A stretch of 64,000 bases of DNA from a bacterium (GTDB taxonomy: Bacteria; Patescibacteriota; Patescibacteriia; Patescibacteriales; GWC2-42-12), in the NCBI GenBank assembly GCA_030650415.1, contig JAUSEG010000011.1, positions 1,687-65,686 on the forward strand, given 5' to 3'. The position numbers and the translations under genes were made by a program. Shown here in pieces: positions 39,201 to 45,392 of the stretch; the stretch's first letter is position 1; every line of letters begins with the position of its first letter. The notes beneath the pieces are model-generated. The model saw only the letters and a list, made by a program, of their open reading frames with translations. It had not been told where the DNA came from and did not search any database.

Positions 39201-39276
39201 TCTCCGCCACAATCGGCCTTAAGCCTTTTATGATCTTTTCATTCGGATCACCAAAAATTTTATCGATTAAACTCAT
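36253..39276 (-). CDS. secA: Protein translocase subunit SecA with four repeat-derived in-frame insertions
   Basis: [67 protein letters not shown]. Confidence 0.98.
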   Translation of the reverse strand: MSLIDKIFGDPNEKIIKGLRPIVAEINALEKKFEVMSDDELRNMTAEFRKRLEVETDASVLLSAGNEKMRSYRSADASLQDDIEKRLEEILPEAFAVVREAAKRTLGQRHYDAQLLGGLALHRGQISEMRTGEGKTLVATLPAYLNALPKKGVHVITVNDYLAKRDAEWMGKIYSFLGLSVGCITHEKAYIYNSGKNFQFPISLATPDLAKPDNFQTNPNDQIFNDQNEGKLVEVPRKEAYACDILYGTNNEFGFDYLRDNMVPDLNSMAQRDLYYAIVDEVDSILIDEARTPLIISSPAEESTDKYFKFSDLVERLTENDPSDDSGQGDYNVDEKMRAATLSEAGIAKMEKLMGVDNIYTSGGISEVHHIEQALKARVLFKRDRDYVVKDNEVIIVDEFTGRLMHGRRYSEGLHQAIEAKEKVKVQRESQTLATVTFQNYFRMYKKLSGMTGTAITEAEEFSKIYKLETVVIPTNRTMVRKDLNDLIYRTENGKFKAVIEEVKRRHATGQPILVGTISIERNEVLGEMLEREGIIPQVLNAKHHEKEAKIISQAGRLGAVTIATNMAGRGVDIMLGGVPPSKLMEDGKEENPEYKIWQEEYKKVLASGGLHIIGTERHEARRIDNQLRGRAGRQGDPGSSQFYVSMEDDLMRIFGGDRMKNLMTTLRVPEDLPIENGMVSRSIESAQKKVEGNNFDTRKHLVEYDDVINKHRETTYRKRREILELAESGNVILEPKAIESHSSEAKQGDPIGRSAPSRMTEIILEMIENEIEQAVIFHTAADASADWNIKEIYQVMSTILPVEAKLKDELTGLAGDGDKLEKVRVRTKICDHLMALVKTNYEKIIKLAGEAGIDWRQVEKAVLIRSFDMLWMEHLEAMDHMRAGIGLRGYGQRDPLIEYKKEAYILYNELNNLIQKQVAYSIFKVADFGNFAMPTLKTRPQNYIAPAKTMDKSTESFSAFKSSENKKNQPVDLVHEKAKDAEGQKIGRNDPCPCGSGKKYKKCHGA
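36994..37084. repeat. Complete type C element inside secA
   Basis: TGTCATCCTGGAGGGAGCGGAGCGACCGATAGGATCTC...GGATTCTATCGCCTTCGGCTCCAGAATGACA; reads [30 protein letters not shown]. Confidence 0.92.
38296..38314. repeat. Type F micro-element inside secA
   Basis: CCCTGAGTCATCCGAAGGG; reads PSDDSG. Confidence 0.55.
38600..38688. repeat. 7-mer arm with a 30-bp type H palindrome (38639-38668) inside secA
   Basis: TGTTTGAAAATTG[TCTGGCTTCGCCAGATCTGGCGTAGCCAGA]GAAATTGGAAATTGAAAATT; reads [22 protein letters not shown]. Confidence 0.88.
39030..39070. repeat. Type C solo arm inside secA
   Basis: TGTCATCCTGGAGCGAAGCGTCAGCGGAGCGATAGGATCTC; reads [13 protein letters not shown]. Confidence 0.85.
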
Positions 39277-39287
39277 AAATTATTTAT

Positions 39288-39448
39288 TGTCATTGCGGGT
39301 AATTAAATAAAGCAATCTTCCCCATTCTGTCATTCCCGCGCAGGCGGGAATCTAGAAAACGTATTTATACCTCGCACCCCTAGATTCCCGCTTTCGCGGG
39401 AATGACAAAATAAACGAGGTTGTTACTACTACACTAATTACAATGACA
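39288..39448. repeat. Nested element: degenerate outer A, inner B (39328-39407)
   Basis: TGTCATTGCG...AAGCAATCT [TGTCATTCCCGCGCAGGCGGGAATCTAG...CTAGATTCCCGCTTTCGCGGGAATGACA] ...CAATGACA. Confidence 0.9.
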
Positions 39449-39493
39449 TAACAATATAATACTATAAAAACACACGCTATAGCGTGTTAAATG

Positions 39494-39552
39494 ATTATAT
39501 AATTAATCAACCGTAAAGGCAACTTGACAAAGATAATATTATATGATATAAA
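39494..39552. promoter_or_regulatory. Back-to-back promoters (secA on minus, small ORF on plus)
   Basis: Minus: TTGCCT-17-TATAAT (39522-39494). Plus: TTGACA-17-TATAAA (39524-39552). Confidence 0.55.
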
Positions 39553-39607
39553 AAATTTGCTCTAAAAATGTCCTTTTGAAACAAACAAACCTCAACAAAA
39601 ATAAAAC

Positions 39608-39790
39608 ATGAAAATTAAAACCATACTAAAAAGCCCAGTATTCACTCTATTCGCGGGTCTATTTATTCTACTCGCATGGCAAGTTTTTAGCAGCAGGTGG
39701 GAAATCATGCTAGCGGGTTCAATATTTACCGTGATTGTAATGTTTCTGTTAATAGCTTCGCTAATTAACAACGAGAGTAGCGGTAGTTAA
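39608..39790 (+). CDS. Small two-TM membrane protein
   Basis: Two hydrophobic stretches; own promoter, A/C-rich leader, downstream GCCCC...GGGGCTC-T6 hairpin. Confidence 0.6.
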   Translation: MKIKTILKSPVFTLFAGLFILLAWQVFSSRWEIMLAGSIFTVIVMFLLIASLINNESSGS

Positions 39791-39926
39791 AACCGCCCCA
39801 TGCTCTCACGCCCCAATCGGAAATTTTCCGAGCGGGGCTCTTTTTTATATCATGACCCCCTGCTTTTTTAGCGCTTTAACCCAAAAAAACAACTTCATAG
39901 ATTTGAAATTATTTTTTGCGTATGAA

Positions 39927-40220
39927 TTAAACGGTTTTTTCTTTCAACCCTCGTTCAACCAACGCCCGACTGATTTCCGGCTGCGGCGGCAATTTTTCCA
40001 GTTCATTTATATGCAGATAATCGTGCCGATCCGCTCTTAATTCCAAATCCACAATCCGCCTGTCGGCCCAGCCAAACATTTCCGTCTTCGTCGGTCGTAA
40101 TTTTATTTCTCTTTCAAGATTACCTAATCTTCCTTCAACTTTATCAAATCTCCCCCCCACTTTATCAAATTCGCCCTTAATAATTCCGGCTAATTCATCA
40201 ATTGTTATATTGTCTGCCAT
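39927..40220 (-). CDS. Small coiled-coil hypothetical protein
   Basis: MADNITIDELAGIIKGEFDKVGGRFDKVEGRLGNLE heptad pattern. Confidence 0.6.
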   Translation of the reverse strand: MADNITIDELAGIIKGEFDKVGGRFDKVEGRLGNLEREIKLRPTKTEMFGWADRRIVDLELRADRHDYLHINELEKLPPQPEISRALVERGLKEKTV

Positions 40221-40317
40221 ATTTTTTAAATTATTTTTATGCTTTATGTCTCTATTATACTTCACTAAATAAAATTTGGTCAAGCAAATATGTGGCTTAA
40301 AAAAATTCTGTCTTATT

Positions 40318-40662
40318 TTATACCATCGCTCCCAATTTTTCCTTCTTTTTCTTCCGGCCGATTTTCTTGTCCTTATATTTTTTTATAACCAATTCCAAAT
40401 GATCCTTAACTTTATCAATCGCTTTAAATAAATCTTTTTCGGTTTTCTCCACTCGGAGTAAATCTCCGGCCACGGTTAAATTCACTTCAGCGCGGTAAAT
40501 TTCTCCCTTTAGATGATGGTTGGTGGTTTTTTCAAGTTCCACTCGCGCGCTAATAACTTTCAGCTTGCCAAAATACTTTTCCAGCATGTCCATTTTTTCC
40601 TGCGCGTAGTCTTTTATTTTAGGCGTTAACTCCAAGTTAGTTGCTTTGATGTTTAAATTCAT
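40318..40662 (-). CDS. raiA: Ribosome hibernation factor (RaiA/HPF family)
   Basis: NIKATNLELT..IKDY..EK...LEKY; DLFKAIDKVKD. Confidence 0.88.
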   Translation of the reverse strand: MNLNIKATNLELTPKIKDYAQEKMDMLEKYFGKLKVISARVELEKTTNHHLKGEIYRAEVNLTVAGDLLRVEKTEKDLFKAIDKVKDHLELVIKKYKDKKIGRKKKKEKLGAMV

Positions 40663-40671
40663 ATTATTTTA

Positions 40672-40895
40672 TGTCATTGCGAGCCGCCCTCTTTTTTGTC
40701 ATTCCGGCCTTTAAGCCGAAGGCTCGCCCCGTTAAATCCCTACGGGACGCAAAGCGTATTTAACGGGGCGAGCCGGAATCCAGGTTTTGGCGCTAAGAAC
40801 AAATTTCTGGATTGTCGTGGCTTCGCCAGATCTCGCGTAGCGATGACGAGGTCAAGCCCGCAATGACAAACAAAAATTAAACTCCTCGCAATGAC
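40672..40895. repeat. Multiply nested element: outer A, inner D (40697-40868) carrying a type E insert (40723-40768) and a type H insert (40815-40846)
   Basis: The inner left arm equals the reverse complement of 45304-45344 plus 46 extra bp. Confidence 0.92.
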
Positions 40896-40904
40896 GTTAG
40901 GTTA

Positions 40905-42083
40905 TTAAAATATCTTATTCCAAATATTGCTAAAAAATCCGCCAAATTTTGACACATCCCTAAGCGTCACCACTAAAACCAAAATCATAAGCAATATAAA
41001 ACCGATATTATGTATGGCATTTTCCACTTCTCTCTTAACCGGCCCTCGCTTAATTTTTTCAATAATCAAGAATAAAAATCTTCCTCCGTCCAAGGCGGGA
41101 AAAGGAAAAAAATTAATCACGGCCAGATTGATGGATAAAAGCGCCGTGAATTGCATGAGATAAACGAAGCCCATCCGCGCTACCTGCCCGGTGATAGTGG
41201 CAATACCAACTGGGCCGGCCAAATCAGCGGTCACGCCCTGGCCGAAAATCAAGCCCTTGATTAATTCATAAAATGCTACAATAATCGCCCAAATTAATAT
41301 AAAGGTGGTTTTAAAACCTTCCCAAATCGCTAAGTACCAAGGATAGCGGACGATACCGGTTTCGCTGATGGCCACGCCGACTCCGCCCTTGCCGATTTCC
41401 GGCATTAAAACGGGCGTGATGGTTTTATCAATCAGCTCTTGCCCGCGCTTGATTTTATAAACCAAGCCTTGCCCGGTCTTAGAATCCACATAATTTTGTA
41501 ATTCCGCGAAACTTGAAAATTTATTATTATCAATGCTAAAAATCGTATCCCCAATTTTTAAATCGGCCTTTTCCGCCGGCGAGCTCTTTATAACCTGAAC
41601 GATTTGAATTTTCCGATCGCTGACTAAAGCGCGGGCGTCTAAACCGTTATCCAGGCTCTGCGGCAAGCCGACCATGAAACCAGCGATTATTAAAATCATG
41701 GCCAAAACAATATTCATAATTACGCCAGCGGAGAGCATCACGCCTCTTTGCCAAACCGGACGCGAAGCAAAACTATCCTTTTCCTCGACCAGCCCTGAGC
41801 TTGCCGAAGGGCCGTTCTCGCCCTTAATTTTAACGAAACCGCCTAAAGGCAGCCAATTTAGAGAATAAACCGTGCCCGGGCAATCGGTTACTTCCTTGCC
41901 GCCAAAAATCTTCTTCCATTGGCCCTGGTCATTTTTATAAAAACCGAAAGCCCGAGGCGGAAAGCCCAGTCCAAACTCTTCGGCCTTAACGCCGAATTTC
42001 CTGGCCGTCATAAAATGCCCCCACTCATGCGCGAGCACTAAAACCGACAGAACCGCGAGAAAAATAATTATAGTTAAAAGCAT
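40905..42083 (-). CDS. rseP: RIP metalloprotease RseP (M50, PDZ)
   Basis: HEWGH, PLGGFVKI, AGVIMN, GPVGI, PFPALDGG; the extension to 42143 is repeat DNA. Confidence 0.93.
   Translation of the reverse strand: MLLTIIIFLAVLSVLVLAHEWGHFMTARKFGVKAEEFGLGFPPRAFGFYKNDQGQWKKIFGGKEVTDCPGTVYSLNWLPLGGFVKIKGENGPSASSGLVEEKDSFASRPVWQRGVMLSAGVIMNIVLAMILIIAGFMVGLPQSLDNGLDARALVSDRKIQIVQVIKSSPAEKADLKIGDTIFSIDNNKFSSFAELQNYVDSKTGQGLVYKIKRGQELIDKTITPVLMPEIGKGGVGVAISETGIVRYPWYLAIWEGFKTTFILIWAIIVAFYELIKGLIFGQGVTADLAGPVGIATITGQVARMGFVYLMQFTALLSINLAVINFFPFPALDGGRFLFLIIEKIKRGPVKREVENAIHNIGFILLMILVLVVTLRDVSKFGGFFSNIWNKIF
41792..41812. repeat. Type F micro-element inside rseP
   Basis: GCCCTGAGCTTGCCGAAGGGC; reads GPSASSGL in the variable loop after VKIKGEN. 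Confidence 0.65.
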
Positions 42084-42094
42084 AAATTTTTGTT

Positions 42095-42317
42095 TGTCAT
42101 TCCCGCGCAGGCGGGAATCCAGGGGTGAGCAGTAAAAATGCATTCCACCACCCTAAACTCTATATGATATTAATATTTTATAAAAGCGTGCGAACATTAA
42201 TAATGGTCCTGCTACTCCCTCCTGGATTCTCATGGCTTCGCCAGATCTCGCGTAGCGATGACCGATAGCCTTCGGCTTCGGGAATGACAAGAAGAATTAG
42301 GGGTTCTCGCAATGACA
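42095..42317. repeat. Type B element with long spacer, type H insert (42230-42261) and type A right end
   Basis: Same as the 32289 copy except for 32 extra bp TCATGGCTTCGCCAGATCTCGCGTAGCGATGA at GGATTC^C. Confidence 0.92.
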
Positions 42318-42324
42318 GTTCGGC

Positions 42325-42879
42325 CTAAATAGTCATTATCTCTTCGCCTTTTTTATCCTTAATTTTTTTGATTTCATCGTTCCTGGACGCGATTTCTTCG
42401 TCCAGCTCTTTAAGATAGCGAAATTTATCATCTTCATTTACGGCCTTGCTCTTAAACGCCGCCTCAATCAATTCTTTAATTTCATCCCTGGTTTTTCTTA
42501 AAGAGATTCTGGCGGTTTCCATTTTTTCGTTTAATTTCTTAACCAGCTCATTGCGATTTTCTTCGGTTAACTGCGGTATCACCAGCCTGATTTTATCTCC
42601 CTCATTAACCGGATTGATGCCTAAGTCGGCGGCCACAATGGCTTTCTCGATATCTTTAGAGATACTCTTATCCCAAGGAGTTACTACTAGGCTGCGCGCT
42701 TCGGGCACGCTGATGCTCGCTAGACCGACTAAGGCGGTTTTAGCGCCATAAGCTTCTACTATAATATTATCCAAAATGGCTGGGTTGGCCCGTCCGGTTC
42801 TTAAACTGGAAATGTCTTTCTTAAAAAAATCTATTACTTTAATCAGGTCATTTCGCTTGGCTTGAATGTATTGATTCAT
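42325..42879 (-). CDS. frr: Ribosome recycling factor
   Basis: LRTGRANP, PWDK, IEKAI, PQLTEENR. Confidence 0.95.
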   Translation of the reverse strand: MNQYIQAKRNDLIKVIDFFKKDISSLRTGRANPAILDNIIVEAYGAKTALVGLASISVPEARSLVVTPWDKSISKDIEKAIVAADLGINPVNEGDKIRLVIPQLTEENRNELVKKLNEKMETARISLRKTRDEIKELIEAAFKSKAVNEDDKFRYLKELDEEIASRNDEIKKIKDKKGEEIMTI

Positions 42880-42896
42880 ATTATTATATTAAATTA

Positions 42897-43979
42897 TTAT
42901 TTTTTCTTTGGTATCTGCTTGACCGCCAGATAAATGATACTCGGATTTTTCGGATCAATCAAGAGCCTAAAGCCGGTTCGGCTCGAAGGCAGCTTATTCG
43001 AACTCCAATTTTTTCCGCCGTCTAAAGAGCGATAAAAAGTTGTATCAGTTACATAATAAATTTCGTTAGTATCAAAAGGATTAATGGCAATGGCATTTAT
43101 TTTAATCCGCGCTTTCTCAATAATCAGCTCGATTTTAGACCAAGTTTCGCCGTCGTCGGCTGACTTGATAAAACCGAAATTAGTGGCTAAAAAAACGGTT
43201 GGCTTTTCCGCTTTAACCATAGCCAAATCGCGAAAAGCTCCGGTGCCATCAAGAACTTTTAGCTTATCGCTTAAGTTTACCCAGCTCGAGCCGCCGTCGG
43301 TAGTGCGAAAAATTCCTTTGGCAAAAGCGCCGACAAATATAATCTTGGCGTTAACCGGGCTAATAACAATTCTATCGACTGGACTTTCAAACCTGTTTAA
43401 AGTTTGCCAACTCGCTCCACGATCCAGACTCTTGATAATTTCGCCGCGCGAAGTGCCGATAAAAACATTATTGTTATTGTTGCTATCGATAACTAAAGCG
43501 GTGATGATTACTGCCGGATCATTATCAAAATAGGTAATAGCCCAGGCGCGGCTGCAGTCCACTGATTTATAGACCTTATTGGCCGCCGTCGCGTAAATAA
43601 CGCACTTATTAGCCGGATCAACCGCGACATTGGTTACCGTCACTTTGCCCAAACCGGTGGCTATTTGCCAGCCCTCTCCGCCGTCGTAGCTGTAAAACAA
43701 GCCGTTGCCAATGCTCCCGGCGTAAATTGCTTTGCTATCCTCCGGATCCAGAGTTGAAGAAATTATGTCAACCGTGTTAAAACTTCTTTTCGAGCCGACT
43801 GTTTGAATTAAAACTTTCTGATTCCAAAGCGTTCCTTTATTAAGGGATTTATAAATTCCGCCATCGGTTAAGCTTGCGTCAGCGCCGGAACCGGTATTGA
43901 AACCGATGGTACAACCGGATAAAAAAAGCGCCGTTAATGGCAGCAACCATACTAATTTTAAAAATTTGGTTTTGGACAT
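42897..43979 (-). CDS. Lipoprotein with BNR/Asp-box beta-propeller (YCF48/sortilin-like)
   Basis: Lipobox LSGC; repeated SxDxGxxW motifs. Confidence 0.8.
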   Translation of the reverse strand: MSKTKFLKLVWLLPLTALFLSGCTIGFNTGSGADASLTDGGIYKSLNKGTLWNQKVLIQTVGSKRSFNTVDIISSTLDPEDSKAIYAGSIGNGLFYSYDGGEGWQIATGLGKVTVTNVAVDPANKCVIYATAANKVYKSVDCSRAWAITYFDNDPAVIITALVIDSNNNNNVFIGTSRGEIIKSLDRGASWQTLNRFESPVDRIVISPVNAKIIFVGAFAKGIFRTTDGGSSWVNLSDKLKVLDGTGAFRDLAMVKAEKPTVFLATNFGFIKSADDGETWSKIELIIEKARIKINAIAINPFDTNEIYYVTDTTFYRSLDGGKNWSSNKLPSSRTGFRLLIDPKNPSIIYLAVKQIPKKK

Positions 43980-43990
43980 AAATTTAAATT

Positions 43991-44092
43991 TAATTTTCAA
44001 TTTCTAATTTTCAATTTCTAAACAATGTCCTAATTTTCAATTTGTTAATTAAAGAATTAATTCATTAAAAATTGTTTGAAAATTGAGAATTG
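43991..44092. repeat. 7-mer hairpin (AATTTTC type)
   Basis: Shares AATTAATTCATTAAAAATTGTTTGAAAATTG with 431-568. Confidence 0.85.
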
Positions 44093-44093
44093 C

Positions 44094-45113
44094 CTATATG
44101 CTCGCCGCCACATTTTCCAGCGTTAACTTGGGATTTACATTATTCGCCAAATATTCTTTAGCTTGCTTTAGGGCGTCAATCAAACTTAGCAAAGATTTCA
44201 TGCTCAGTTTATTTTTTACCGCTGACAATTCTTCGTTAAAAGCTTCGTGCTGAATTAAATCGGCTAAATTTAATTCCATGAGCATTAAATCTCTGATTAG
44301 GTTTTGCCAAACATCAATAATTTTTCCGACTGACTTAACCGCTTCTTGCCCGCGCGCATTTTTCCCTAAAATATTTTCAATCGCTTTAAAGCGCTCGTTA
44401 ATATCCAGGTTCAATAATCCAACAAAGCCTTGAACATTGGCTTTGTAATTTTCATAATATTCTTTCTCCTCTAAAAACTTTAAAGCTATCGCCGGCCGGC
44501 CGGCCGACAAACGGGAAAAATTTTTAGCCTGGCTCCTCTGAGCGCCATGATTTTTAATCAAATCATCATAAATCATATCGCTTTTTACCGGCTGAAATCT
44601 TAAAATTTGGCTGCGCGAAACTATGGTCTTAGGCAGGGTTTCAAAATCCGTGACAGTTAAAATTATTACTACTTTAGCTTTGGGTTCTTCTAAAGTTTTT
44701 AGAAGCGCGTTAACCGCCCCCTCGCTTAGGGCTTCCGCGCCCTCGATAATGCCGATTTTATAAGAATTTAAAAACGAACTTAACCCCAGGCTTCTGATAA
44801 AATCTCTAACCTGCTCGATAGAAATATTTTTTTTATCAGCCTCTTTTTTTATTAAATAAATATCGCCATGAATTCCCTTAAGAGCCTCTCGACAGGCCGG
44901 ACACTTGCCGCAAGGCAGAGTTAATTGATCCTTGGCTTCGCAGACCAGGCTTTGCGCAAAAAAATTAGCGGCCGTGGCCTTGCCTAAACCGGCCGGACCG
45001 GTAAATATATAACTGCCGGAAATGTTTTTATTAATTAAGCTTTTAGCTAAAAATTCAAAAATATGGCTATTGCCAATTAATGGCCAGCTTAATTTGACTT
45101 TTGTTTCTTCCAT
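44094..45113 (-). CDS. holB: DNA polymerase III delta' subunit
   Basis: YIFTGPAGLGK, C...CGKCPAC, ISIEQVR, NALLKTLEEP, TIVSRSQ. Confidence 0.9.
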   Translation of the reverse strand: MEETKVKLSWPLIGNSHIFEFLAKSLINKNISGSYIFTGPAGLGKATAANFFAQSLVCEAKDQLTLPCGKCPACREALKGIHGDIYLIKKEADKKNISIEQVRDFIRSLGLSSFLNSYKIGIIEGAEALSEGAVNALLKTLEEPKAKVVIILTVTDFETLPKTIVSRSQILRFQPVKSDMIYDDLIKNHGAQRSQAKNFSRLSAGRPAIALKFLEEKEYYENYKANVQGFVGLLNLDINERFKAIENILGKNARGQEAVKSVGKIIDVWQNLIRDLMLMELNLADLIQHEAFNEELSAVKNKLSMKSLLSLIDALKQAKEYLANNVNPKLTLENVAASI

Positions 45114-45119
45114 AAATAA

Positions 45120-45148
45120 ATTATAGCTTTTAAAGACGAATAAGTCAA
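45120..45148 (-). promoter_or_regulatory. holB promoter, probably leaderless
   Basis: TTGACT-17-TATAAT ending 6 nt before the ATG. Confidence 0.65.
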
Positions 45149-45166
45149 AAAAGTTCAAATCCTGAT

Positions 45167-45344
45167 TGTCATTGCGAGGAGCCCTGTAATCAGGACGACG
45201 CAACGGTCTTACTGTCCTGTCATTGCGGGCTCCGACCTCGTCATCGCTACGCGAGATCTGGCGAAGCCACGACAATCCAGAAACTTACGCTAAATATATA
45301 AATCTGGATTCCGGCTCGCCTTCGGCTTAAAGGCCGGAATGACA
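45167..45344. repeat. Type A left arm plus type D (45218-45344) with an inverted type H insert (45241-45272)
   Basis: TGTCATTGCGAGGAG...; TGTCATTGCGGGC...CTCG[TCATCGCTACGCGAGATCTGGCGAAGCCACGA]CAATCCAG...CTGGATTCCGGC...GCCGGAATGACA. Confidence 0.9.
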
Positions 45345-45357
45345 ATACTTTTTTTGC

Positions 45358-45386
45358 TTGCTTTTTTCCCTTCTTTCTGTTATATT
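45358..45386 (+). promoter_or_regulatory. Promoter of the sugar transferase gene, probably leaderless
   Basis: TTGCTT-17-TATATT with a TG extension, 6 nt before the ATG at 45393. Confidence 0.6.
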
Positions 45387-45392
45387 AGCCAC

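Noticed and set aside
36253-39276. secA insertions as inteins or introns
   Set aside because: Too short, no intein terminal motifs, and they match intergenic repeats.
35061-39487. Similar small ACAC...GTGT hairpins in the secD (35061-35077) and secA (about 39471-39487) leaders as a shared regulatory motif
   Set aside because: Only 6-bp stems with different cores; two cases are too few to distinguish from chance.
2144-45344. Repeats as a CRISPR array
   Set aside because: Dispersed and inverted, with no regular repeat-spacer period and no cas genes.
11551-45392. N-terminal extensions in the ORF track (rfbD, HIT, murB, mreC, mreB, rseP, holB, sugar transferase), e.g. LDSRLRGND, ARND
   Set aside because: They are translations of the palindromic elements or promoter DNA; family motifs begin at downstream ATGs.
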